Positions 45,287 to 53,754 of a DNA stretch of 64,000 bases are shown in pieces. Position numbers and translations under genes: made by a program. Positions within the stretch are counted from its first letter, which is position 1. Each line of letters starts with the position of its first letter. The notes beneath the pieces were generated by a model that saw only the letters and a program-made list of their open reading frames with translations, searched no databases and was not told the origin of the DNA. Source of the DNA: an uncultured bacterium (GTDB lineage: Bacteria > Chlamydiota > Chlamydiia > Chlamydiales > FEN-1388); contig CAYWZU010000001.1 of assembly GCA_964462925.1 (NCBI GenBank), forward strand, positions 23,440 to 87,439. Reading direction: 5' to 3'.

Positions 45287-46450
45287 ATGAAATACGTTAT
45301 CGTTTTACTAGCTATATGCCTACTTAGCGCGGCAAAACCTGCATCTTTTGATGAAAAGATGCAGTCTTTACTTGATGATCATTTTAAAAAATATCAGGAG
45401 CTTGAATATTTTTCTGGCGGCTCCCTTTCTATTTATATCCCTGGAAAGCCGCTGCAAAATTACTTTGCTGGGAAAGTCTCTCACGATCCAGCAAGCAAGA
45501 GCGTTACTAAGGATACCCTTTTTCAAATAGGAAGCATCACAAAGTCCTTTACCGGAGCACTTGTGCTCGTGCTTGAAAAGGAGAATAAACTACATCTAAA
45601 TGACACCTTAAGCACCTATCTTCCAGAGTATCCAAAATGGGGATCTCTCACTATTGATAGTCTCTTAAATATGACAAGTTGCCTTCCAAATTATAGCGAT
45701 GCACCACTCTTTAACGTAGAAGTAGCCAAAACTCCAGAGAAATATTTATCCCCAAAAGCTCTCCTAGAGTATGTTTATCCCTCAGGTGCAACTAATCCCC
45801 CGCTAAGAACGGGCTATTTTTACTCTAACACAGGCTATCAGCTTGTAGATATGATTGTTGAAAAGACTACAAAACAAACCTTCAATGAGGCCCTGAGCAC
45901 TCGCCTCATCACACCTTTAGCGCTTAAAAACACTTTCTACCCAGTGCCTGAGCTATCAAATGAGCAAAAGGCCCGCATGGCACATGGCTATCAATACAAT
46001 AGCTATGATAACCCGCTTCTTGTTGGAAAAGATGTTACAAACATGAACTTAGGATGGGCAGGTGCAGCGGGAGGCATAATAGCTACGACAGAGGACATCA
46101 TCCTTTGGGTAAAAGAGCTCTTTACAGGATCGCTTCTAGACGATGCTCAAAAGAAAAAACTTACATCGCTTCATTCTACAGTATCTGGCAAAGCAATTGA
46201 GCGTGTAAGCCGGGCAGATCCTCAAGGTTTTGGTCTCGGAGTTGTCTGCAAATTGCTGACTGAAAACGAAGAGATGGACTTTTGGTTTTATGAAGGAAAA
46301 ACGATGGGCTTTCGGGCGCTCTACATCTATGTACCAAGCACCGGGATACTTATAGCATCTGCCTTTAATAGCTCTCCAGATGATGCAAATGATCATGCAC
46401 ATGAACTTATCATGCAGGCATATCAGCTTGCAAACAGCCTAAGAAACTAA
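45287..46450 (+). CDS. serine hydrolase, beta-lactamase (class C)/penicillin-binding-protein-like family
   Basis: Signal peptide, SxxK motif GSITKSF, a YSN motif (YSNTGY), and a GKTMGF region in the position of the KTG box. Confidence 0.75.
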   Translation: MKYVIVLLAICLLSAAKPASFDEKMQSLLDDHFKKYQELEYFSGGSLSIYIPGKPLQNYFAGKVSHDPASKSVTKDTLFQIGSITKSFTGALVLVLEKENKLHLNDTLSTYLPEYPKWGSLTIDSLLNMTSCLPNYSDAPLFNVEVAKTPEKYLSPKALLEYVYPSGATNPPLRTGYFYSNTGYQLVDMIVEKTTKQTFNEALSTRLITPLALKNTFYPVPELSNEQKARMAHGYQYNSYDNPLLVGKDVTNMNLGWAGAAGGIIATTEDIILWVKELFTGSLLDDAQKKKLTSLHSTVSGKAIERVSRADPQGFGLGVVCKLLTENEEMDFWFYEGKTMGFRALYIYVPSTGILIASAFNSSPDDANDHAHELIMQAYQLANSLRN

Positions 46451-47352
46451 TTTCGAAGAGCCGTTAAAAAGCCAGCAAGGGCATTATCTCTTGTTGCATC
46501 TTTATCGGTGTGCACATAGTCTCTTAGCAGGCGAAGGGCTTCTTTTTTAAGAAGTGACGGATCTTCTGCAGGACGTTTTAAAATTGCCGCCAAAACAGTT
46601 AGTTTATCTTCAGATGAAAGGGTATCGTTTTCGATACCTTTCTTTATTTCGGCAATTGAATATGCAAGCTTTAGCCGTTCAAATGAATTTTCGCCCTTAC
46701 TAATAGTACGTAGATCTTGAGATGTAACGATGTACGGGATGCTTGCTCGAAGCTCCTCTGCAACTTTATGTTCAGGAAGCGTACTTGCAAATCTGATAAA
46801 GTCAATTTTTTTAAAGTCAATATATCTAATGAGCGTATCTTTCGTGACGGCTACATAGTAGTTCTTAGAATTATCTGCATTCTCCATAACCGCATATTCT
46901 TTATGGGATAATACTTCCTCAACATCTTCAGCATTTTCGCACCACCTCCCCTCAAGGCGGGATTTTTGTTCAAAATGCTCGAGGGGCGAAATTTTCCTTG
47001 AAAGAGGAGGAGTAGCAGCCGTATCGAGGCTATTTCTACGAGAAAGGGGCGGGGTTGGAGCATCTTGCATGTCATATCTCTTTGGAGGCTTTGGCGCGGG
47101 CCCCTTGGGAACCTTTCTAGGTAAGGGCGGAGTAGCGGCGGTATTTAAATCGCTCTGAGGCGCTTTAGGAGCTGGTTTTTTTGGTGCTGAAAACACCTTT
47201 TTAGCAGTTTCGGCCTCTTTTTGAGCCGAGGCTGTTGTTTGCCGACTTGCCGTATGGCTCTTATCAGCTGTTTTTAGATTGTTTTTTGAGCTTTTGGAAA
47301 ACTCAGCAGGCAAATTTTGGTCATTATAGTAGTTTCTTTCTATAGAAGACAT
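46447..47352 (-). CDS. hypothetical proline-rich protein, 301 aa, with three TPPL(P/S)R(K/R) motifs
   Basis: aa 55-123 (nt 46984-47190) read PKKPAPKAP, TAATPPLPRKVPKGPAPKPPK, APTPPLSRR and TAATPPLSRKISP. The C-terminal half is helical. Confidence 0.6.
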   Translation of the reverse strand: MSSIERNYYNDQNLPAEFSKSSKNNLKTADKSHTASRQTTASAQKEAETAKKVFSAPKKPAPKAPQSDLNTAATPPLPRKVPKGPAPKPPKRYDMQDAPTPPLSRRNSLDTAATPPLSRKISPLEHFEQKSRLEGRWCENAEDVEEVLSHKEYAVMENADNSKNYYVAVTKDTLIRYIDFKKIDFIRFASTLPEHKVAEELRASIPYIVTSQDLRTISKGENSFERLKLAYSIAEIKKGIENDTLSSEDKLTVLAAILKRPAEDPSLLKKEALRLLRDYVHTDKDATRDNALAGFLTALRN

Positions 47353-47547
47353 ACCAGCACCCCTTACACCTAATATAGTTAAATTTTATATTTACTTGTA
47401 TCAATAATTAAATACGAAGGGATTTTGCTCTTTGGTCGATTTGACCACGACAATTACACACAAAAGGGCTGCCCTGATCAAAAAACTCATCTTGCGAAAA
47501 ATATTGTACATTGAGCATAAGTAAGTTTTACAAATTTGGAGTGAGCT

Positions 47548-48342
47548 ATGAATATTTGGAAACAGCATGCATTTGCCTTGCTTGGAAGCTTTGCTTTAAT
47601 ACATCCTACGATGGAAGGCATCTCGAGTTTTTCAAAAATAAGTGACTTTCCTGATAGCAGCAGCACATCATCCAAAACCTCAAGTAAATCTACAAAATAT
47701 AAGCGAGGCCCGAAGGGCTCCAAAGGAAAACGAGGAAAAAGAGGTCCTCGCGGAAAACGGGGAAAGCATGGACATACCGGAAAGCCAGGACCAACCGGAA
47801 CAGCTGGACCAGCTAGTATAGGCCCAACAGGAGCGACTGGCGCAACTGGGATGACAGGTCCTACAGGACCATCTGGAGGACCATCTGGCCCTACAGGTCC
47901 CAGCGGCCCGACAGGCCCTACAGGTGCAGGAGCACCTCGGAACTATGGTGCATTCTACGTACAAGGCATACAGACACTCCCTACAGGACAAGATCCAATC
48001 TTGTTCACACAAGGAACGCAAGGCGGCTCTGGTTTTGTCTACCACCCTCTCATGGGTCAAATTATCTTTGGCACAGCAGGCACATACCTTGTAACTTGGG
48101 GCGCATCATTTCAGCAATCGGATGCTGTCTTTGCTTTGATGCTTAATGGCGCCGTTATCCCAACAACATCGCTAGCTTCCGGTTCAGCACTGCAAATGAC
48201 TAGCGGCTCTACCATCATTCAAGTACAAGTTGGCGACACACTCACGGTGGTCAACAACTCAAGCGGCACAATTACTGTAAGCCCAAATGCTCCAACAAGC
48301 ACAAATGTTGGTGCGTATCTTGTGATCCAGCAGCTGCCATAA
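47548..48342 (+). CDS. collagen-like triple-helix-repeat protein with a C-terminal globular (BclA/C1q-like) domain
   Basis: Signal peptide. About 24 Gly-X-Y triplets (nt 47707-47931) with two interruptions, then a beta-rich domain of about 130 aa. Confidence 0.75.
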   Translation: MNIWKQHAFALLGSFALIHPTMEGISSFSKISDFPDSSSTSSKTSSKSTKYKRGPKGSKGKRGKRGPRGKRGKHGHTGKPGPTGTAGPASIGPTGATGATGMTGPTGPSGGPSGPTGPSGPTGPTGAGAPRNYGAFYVQGIQTLPTGQDPILFTQGTQGGSGFVYHPLMGQIIFGTAGTYLVTWGASFQQSDAVFALMLNGAVIPTTSLASGSALQMTSGSTIIQVQVGDTLTVVNNSSGTITVSPNAPTSTNVGAYLVIQQLP

Positions 48343-48372
48343 AAAGGTCAAAAGGACCAAAGGGACCAAAAC

Positions 48373-48414
48373 GACATAAAGGATATAAAGGGCGATTCAT
48401 TAGTCCTTTATGTC
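48373..48414 (+). terminator. Hairpin after the collagen-like gene, embedded in a heptamer-repeat tract
   Basis: gacataaagga (48373-48383) pairs with tcctttatgtc (48404-48414) across a 20-nt loop, followed by T-rich ctttttgacttttctgtcctttt. Confidence 0.35.
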
Positions 48415-48443
48415 CTTTTTGACTTTTCTGTCCTTTTAGTGCT

Positions 48444-48472
48444 TTCAAAGAAATCAGAGCCTCCAGTATAAC
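48444..48472 (+). promoter_or_regulatory. Sigma-70-like promoter candidate for nuoH-N
   Basis: TTCAAA, a 17-nt spacer, then TATAAC, ending 22 nt before the nuoH ATG, with GGTGG between the -10 element and the ATG. Sequence pattern only. Confidence 0.3.
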
Positions 48473-48494
48473 CCAAAATTTATGATGGTGGCTT

Positions 48495-49445
48495 ATGTCT
48501 GCATTGCCAATTTTGATTAAAGGGATAATTCTGATTTCGCTGCTCTTCTTGGCAGCAGCCTATATGACTCTGCTTGAGCGCGTTTTAATGGCTCGCGTGC
48601 AGCTACGGCTAGGTCCGAATCGTGTCGGCCCTTTTGGCCTTTTGCAGCCTATTGCCGATGGAATTAAGCTTCTTACTAAAGAGCGCTTTCAGCCAGCAGG
48701 CGTTGAAAAATTCACATATTGGCTAGCGCCTGGCATATCTGTCTTTATAGCACTTAGTGTTTTTATGCTTATCCCATTTGGAGATAGTCCTTGGCTTAAA
48801 ATATCAGATGTGAATGTCGGCATCCTTTTCTTACTTGCTCTAAGCTCGCTTGCTGTCTACGGAGTAGTGCTTGCCGGCTGGTCATCAGATAACAGATATT
48901 CTCTCCTTGGCGGTCTTCGAGGCACAGCGCAGATGATAAGCTACGAAATTCCCATGGGACTTGCAATACTCTCTGTAGTGCTTACAGCAGGAACACTCAA
49001 CCTTACAGAAATCGTCCATGCGCAAAAAGAGGGATGGTTTATTTTGACAAATCCAATCGGCTTTCTTATCTACCTCATCACAGGTTTTGCAGAAACAAAC
49101 CGCGCCCCATTTGACCTTCCAGAGGCAGAGCAAGAGCTTACGGGAGGCTACCATACGGAATATGGCGGCATGAAGTTTGCCCTCTTTTTCCTCGCTGAAT
49201 ATGTGAATATTTTTGCCATCTCCTGCATAGCTACTACCCTTTTTCTTGGAGGCTGGTATGGGCCATTTGATCTTCCCGTCGTCTGGTTTCTCTGCAAAGC
49301 TTTTCTCTTAGTACTCTTTTTTATGCTTGTGAGGGCGACACTTCCACGCTTTCGCTATGATCAGCTTATGAGCTTTGGCTGGAAGCTGCTCATACCTGTA
49401 GCTACCATAAACCTCCTTATAACTGCATACTTTAGGCTGGTATAG
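48495..49445 (+). CDS. nuoH: NADH-quinone oxidoreductase subunit H
   Basis: [51 protein letters not shown] and [13 protein letters not shown]. Confidence 0.93.
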   Translation: MSALPILIKGIILISLLFLAAAYMTLLERVLMARVQLRLGPNRVGPFGLLQPIADGIKLLTKERFQPAGVEKFTYWLAPGISVFIALSVFMLIPFGDSPWLKISDVNVGILFLLALSSLAVYGVVLAGWSSDNRYSLLGGLRGTAQMISYEIPMGLAILSVVLTAGTLNLTEIVHAQKEGWFILTNPIGFLIYLITGFAETNRAPFDLPEAEQELTGGYHTEYGGMKFALFFLAEYVNIFAISCIATTLFLGGWYGPFDLPVVWFLCKAFLLVLFFMLVRATLPRFRYDQLMSFGWKLLIPVATINLLITAYFRLV

Positions 49446-49931
49446 ATGTTTAAAAAGCTGAAAAAATATTCACTTCAAGTTCTAGCAATGCTAAGAGGTC
49501 TCTTAATTGTTGCAAAGTACGGCTTTAAAAAGCCTGCAACAATACGCTATCCCGAAGAAAAGAGAACTCTCCCCATAGCATCTCGAGGCCGCCACTACCT
49601 TACCAAATGGCAAGATGGCAAAGAGCGCTGCGTAGGCTGCGAGCTTTGCGCCATAGTCTGTCCGGCGCAAGCAATTTATGTAAAGCCTGCAGAAAATAAT
49701 CCCGAAAATCCACACTCCCATGGCGAGCGCTATGCAAAGGACTTTCAAATTAACATGACGCGCTGCATCTACTGCGGCCTTTGCGAAGAGGCTTGCCCAA
49801 CTGGCGCCATCATCTTAAGCAGCGAATATGAGCTATCTGGATACACACGCGAAGAGCTCATCTTTACAAAAGAAAAGCTTACTGAAAAATACCCCGGCGA
49901 ATCTGGCCGCGACCCTAAAAGAGAGATATAG
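49446..49931 (+). CDS. nuoI: NADH-quinone oxidoreductase subunit I
   Basis: Two 4Fe-4S motifs, CVGCELCAIVCP and CIYCGLCEEACP. Confidence 0.93.
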   Translation: MFKKLKKYSLQVLAMLRGLLIVAKYGFKKPATIRYPEEKRTLPIASRGRHYLTKWQDGKERCVGCELCAIVCPAQAIYVKPAENNPENPHSHGERYAKDFQINMTRCIYCGLCEEACPTGAIILSSEYELSGYTREELIFTKEKLTEKYPGESGRDPKREI

Positions 49932-49932
49932 C

Positions 49933-50427
49933 ATGCTCGCAGATTGGATACTTGGCTTTATAATTATCACATCCTCACTTGGCGTTATTTTAGCCAAAAA
50001 ACCGGTGCACTCATGCTTATCATTTCTCATGACGCTTCTTTCACTTGCTGCTCTTTTTTTACGGCTAAACAGTCCCTTCGTTGCCGTCATGCAGGTTCTT
50101 GTCTACGCAGGAGCAATTTTAGTGATCTTTATGTTTGTTATAGTGCTCTTTCAAGATGCCTACCTTGCAATAGATGAGTATAAACCAAAGGTAAAGCCGC
50201 TCTGGCTTGCCTTTTCAGGGCTTAGCTTTCTTGTAACACTTTCTATAATCGGCATAGAGCTTACAAAATCACCCCTTCCAGCAAGCCGAGAGGCGAGCGA
50301 TTTTGGCTCCGTACAAGCAATCGGCCGCGCGCTCTATATTGACTTTTTCTTTCCCTTTGAAGCAGTAGGCCTGCTCTTTTTGGTGGCAATCGTTGGGGCA
50401 TTATACATTGGTAAAAAGGTGCGTTGA
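49933..50427 (+). CDS. nuoJ: NADH-quinone oxidoreductase subunit J
   Basis: The ATG lies 1 nt after the nuoI stop. Hydrophobic protein with a VMQVLVYAGAILVIFMFVI block. The longer track ORF from 49828 lies inside nuoI. Confidence 0.85.
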   Translation: MLADWILGFIIITSSLGVILAKKPVHSCLSFLMTLLSLAALFLRLNSPFVAVMQVLVYAGAILVIFMFVIVLFQDAYLAIDEYKPKVKPLWLAFSGLSFLVTLSIIGIELTKSPLPASREASDFGSVQAIGRALYIDFFFPFEAVGLLFLVAIVGALYIGKKVR

Positions 50428-50430
50428 TTT

Positions 50431-50718
50431 ATGTATATCTGGATAAGTTTAGCGATGTTTTTGATAGGAGTAGCTGGCCTTCTTGCAAAACGAAATGCCC
50501 TCATTATGTTTTTGTCTATTGAACTTATGCTTAACTCTTCAAATCTCTTATTTGTTTCGTTTTCTAATGACTTAGAAGATACAAGGGGACTTGTCTGGGT
50601 ATTTTTTGTACTTGTACTTGCTGCAGCTGAAGCTGCTGTCGGCCTTGCTATTATTATCAATCTTTTCCGCTCTAAGCAGGTTGTCGATGTGGATCAATAT
50701 AACTCTCTAAAGGGCTAA
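50431..50718 (+). CDS. nuoK: NADH-quinone oxidoreductase subunit K
   Basis: 95 aa with three TM segments, LSIELMLNSSNL and LAAAEAAVGLAII. Confidence 0.9.
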   Translation: MYIWISLAMFLIGVAGLLAKRNALIMFLSIELMLNSSNLLFVSFSNDLEDTRGLVWVFFVLVLAAAEAAVGLAIIINLFRSKQVVDVDQYNSLKG

Positions 50719-50719
50719 T

Positions 50720-52450
50720 ATGCAATTGCTACTCTGGACTGCACTTTTTTTACCCCTTGCAGGCTTTCTCCTGCAACTCTTTCTGCCGCTTTCACGGAAA
50801 GTTATAACAAAACTCGGGCCATTTACAATTTTTGCCTCTTTTTGCTGTTTTGTAAGCCTCTCTTTACAAAATAGCTTTTTTGAAACGACACTTTTTAGAT
50901 GGATTTCCCTGCCATATCTGCAGGCAGACTTTGCTCTCCACTACGACTTCCTTTCAATGCTAATGACACTTATTATTACAGGCGTTGGCTTTTTGATTCA
51001 CGCCTACTCTGTAGGGTATATGGACCATGAGAAAGATATTAGACGCTACTTTGCGGTGATGAACTTTTTTATCTTTAGCATGCTGCTCCTAGTGCTTGCA
51101 CAAAACCTTCTTTTACTTTTTGTAGGCTGGGAAGGCGTGGGTGTGGCATCCTACCTCTTAATTGGTTTTTGGTATCAGAGAAGGGCTGCTGAGGAAGCTG
51201 CAAAAAAGGCTTTTGTTGTTAATAGAATTGGAGATCTTGGACTTCTTCTTGGCATATTTTTAACGTTTGCCCTCTTTGGAACTAGTGATATAGCGGTAGT
51301 TACGAAAGCAGCAGGCTCTGGCATCATAGTAGCAATACTTTGCCTCCTCTACTTTTGGGGAGCATCGGGAAAATCTGCGCAAATTCCTTTACATACATGG
51401 CTTCCAGATGCAATGGAAGGCCCTACCCCAGTATCTGCCCTTATCCATGCTGCAACAATGGTGACAGCAGGAGTCTACCTTGTTGTACGGATGTCCCCTC
51501 TTTTTACTCAGGCGCCGTATGCTCTTGAAATTGTTGCATTGGTTGGAGGAGTAACTGCCCTCTATAGCGCCCTCTGTGCCACGAGCCAAACAGATATTAA
51601 GCGAGTACTTGCCTACTCAACGCTAAGCCAGCTAGGCCTGATGTTTTTAGCATGCGGATTTAAGGCATACAGTGCAGCACTGTTTCATCTAACAATGCAT
51701 GCCTTTGCAAAGGCACTCCTCTTTCTTTCTGCAGGAAATGTTATCCATATGCTCCACGGGGTGCAGGAGCTTTCTCAAATGGGCGGCCTTAACAAATCCC
51801 TTAAAAAAACAAATGTACTCTTTTTGATCGGTGTCCTCTCTATGGGAGGAATACCTCCACTTGCCATATTCTTTAGTAAGGATTTGATACTAGAGGATAT
51901 CTCTTCATCAACTCCTTATTATATTCTTGGACTTACTGTATCTCTCCTCACCGCCTATTACTTGATGCGTGCATATACAATGGCCTTTTGGGGAGAGCCA
52001 AAACAGCAGGCAGAAGATGCTCCACCTGTTATGATTATTCCAGTATCAATACTTGGCGTTTTATCCATAGTGGGAGGCATGTGGCTTGCAAAAACCTTTG
52101 GATTTCATATGGGACCTGGAATGTGGATCTCTATTGTAGTAGCTATCTTTGGTATTTTCCTTGGTACAATCAACAGAAAAACCCTTCAGTTTTTCTATAA
52201 AGCATTTTATATCAATGAACTGTATGAAAATATGATTATTTCTCCCCTTAAGAAAGTTGCGTATACTGTTTCGTCTATTTTTGAGCCAAAAATCTTTGAT
52301 GCAAGTATTGACGAGCTAGCACGTGCTGGCTATAACACAGCATCACTTCTGCAAAAAATCCAAACAGGTCGCATACGTTCATACATTGCCTGGATTATCC
52401 TAGGAACCTCCTCTGTCATCTGCTACCTTATTTATGAGGGCTTTATCTAA
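50720..52450 (+). CDS. nuoL: NADH-quinone oxidoreductase subunit L
   Basis: FVGWEGVGVASYLLIGFW, KSAQIPLHTWLPDAMEGPTPVSALIHAATMV and LAYSTLSQLG. Confidence 0.92.
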   Translation: MQLLLWTALFLPLAGFLLQLFLPLSRKVITKLGPFTIFASFCCFVSLSLQNSFFETTLFRWISLPYLQADFALHYDFLSMLMTLIITGVGFLIHAYSVGYMDHEKDIRRYFAVMNFFIFSMLLLVLAQNLLLLFVGWEGVGVASYLLIGFWYQRRAAEEAAKKAFVVNRIGDLGLLLGIFLTFALFGTSDIAVVTKAAGSGIIVAILCLLYFWGASGKSAQIPLHTWLPDAMEGPTPVSALIHAATMVTAGVYLVVRMSPLFTQAPYALEIVALVGGVTALYSALCATSQTDIKRVLAYSTLSQLGLMFLACGFKAYSAALFHLTMHAFAKALLFLSAGNVIHMLHGVQELSQMGGLNKSLKKTNVLFLIGVLSMGGIPPLAIFFSKDLILEDISSSTPYYILGLTVSLLTAYYLMRAYTMAFWGEPKQQAEDAPPVMIIPVSILGVLSIVGGMWLAKTFGFHMGPGMWISIVVAIFGIFLGTINRKTLQFFYKAFYINELYENMIISPLKKVAYTVSSIFEPKIFDASIDELARAGYNTASLLQKIQTGRIRSYIAWIILGTSSVICYLIYEGFI

Positions 52451-53754
52451 TGCTTTTGCTTTTTTTACTTCCCCTGCTTTTTGCATGCACCTTGCCAAAG
52501 CAAAAGCTTGCCTTTTTCTTTAGCTTAGTACCACTCACGCTCCTACTTTCTGGGCAGACAGAAAGCGTGCAGGAAAATTGGTTTTTAGGAGAAACCGTAA
52601 AGTTTCATCTTGCACTAGACACACTCTCTCTTGTCTTTGTCTATCTCGTTGCAATCCTCATTCCCATTTGCATTCTTGTACAAGAGAGTAAGTTCTGCCT
52701 CACCCTCCTTCTCCAAGGGCTGCTTATAGGCTTTTTTTCTGCACAGGATTTGATGTTTTTTACCTTTTTCTTTGAAGCAATCCTCATTCCCCTTTTCTTT
52801 ATGCTGCAAAGACCATTTAAGTTTATTATCTATATGATAGCAGGGTCTTCTTTGATGATTCTTGGAGCGCTCTCGCTCTACCTTGCAGCAAATAGCTTTG
52901 ATCTTACCTATCTAAAAGAACATGCTGAACGTATTGCCCATGCAGAGATCTATGCCTTCATTTTTTTACTTGCCTTTGCAGTAAAGACTCCCCTATTTCC
53001 ACTTCATGGCTGGCTTGCAGATAGCTATACACTTGCTCCCACATCTGCAACTATACTCCTTTCAAGCCTGCTCTCCAAGGCAGGAATATATGGGATTATC
53101 CGCATAGCATTTGGCCTCTTTCCAACTATTATGTCGCTTTGGAATCCAGTACTTCTCCTCTTTGCAATAGGCGGCGTGCTCTATGGGGCCTTCGCAGCAT
53201 GGGGACAAAATGACTATAAAAGACTCATTGCCTATTCAAGCCTCTCTCACGTAAACTTTATCCTTGTAGGCCTTTTTGCAGGCACTCTCATTGGGCTGCA
53301 AGGGGCAATTTTTGCATCCGTCAACCACTCAATTACTATAGCTGGGCTCTTTATCGTATCTGGCTGGCTCGAAATGCGCCTTGGAACAACAACACTTGCT
53401 GGCGCATCTGGTCTTACGGCAACGATGCCTAAACTTAGCTGGATAACGCTCTTTTTTATTCTCTCTAGCGTTGCTCTTCCTGGCCTCAATAATTTTATTA
53501 GTGAAATTATGGTGCTTTACGGCCTCTTTCAGATAAGTTTCTGGCAGACGCTCCTTGTTGGAACAACTGTTATATTTTCTGTGATCTACATGCTTAAGTG
53601 GTTCCATACTGTCTACTTTAATGCACCACAGCACAATGGCTACTCAGACATTCAAGCAAAAGAGGTTTTGATTCTGACCCCGCTTATTGTACTCATCCTC
53701 GTGCTGGGAATATACCCATCAATTGTTCTAACCCTTATTCAGAGCATTACATGA
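52450..53754 (+). CDS. nuoM: NADH-quinone oxidoreductase subunit M
   Basis: Antiporter-like subunit with FAVKTPLFPLHGWLADSY and LIAYSSLSHVNF. Its ATG overlaps the nuoL stop. Confidence 0.88.
   Translation: MLLLFLLPLLFACTLPKQKLAFFFSLVPLTLLLSGQTESVQENWFLGETVKFHLALDTLSLVFVYLVAILIPICILVQESKFCLTLLLQGLLIGFFSAQDLMFFTFFFEAILIPLFFMLQRPFKFIIYMIAGSSLMILGALSLYLAANSFDLTYLKEHAERIAHAEIYAFIFLLAFAVKTPLFPLHGWLADSYTLAPTSATILLSSLLSKAGIYGIIRIAFGLFPTIMSLWNPVLLLFAIGGVLYGAFAAWGQNDYKRLIAYSSLSHVNFILVGLFAGTLIGLQGAIFASVNHSITIAGLFIVSGWLEMRLGTTTLAGASGLTATMPKLSWITLFFILSSVALPGLNNFISEIMVLYGLFQISFWQTLLVGTTVIFSVIYMLKWFHTVYFNAPQHNGYSDIQAKEVLILTPLIVLILVLGIYPSIVLTLIQSIT

Noticed and set aside
47680-48060. 126-aa antisense ORF opposite the collagen-like gene, and many similar 60-160-aa ORFs inside or opposite long genes (for example 35951-36618, 14803-15400, 17290-17976, 19187-20086, 31057-32194, 53247-53634)
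   Set aside because: They lie entirely within well-supported genes on the other strand or frame. They have Cys/Arg/Ser-rich, low-complexity-like translations typical of shadow ORFs, and they lack RBS-like sequences.
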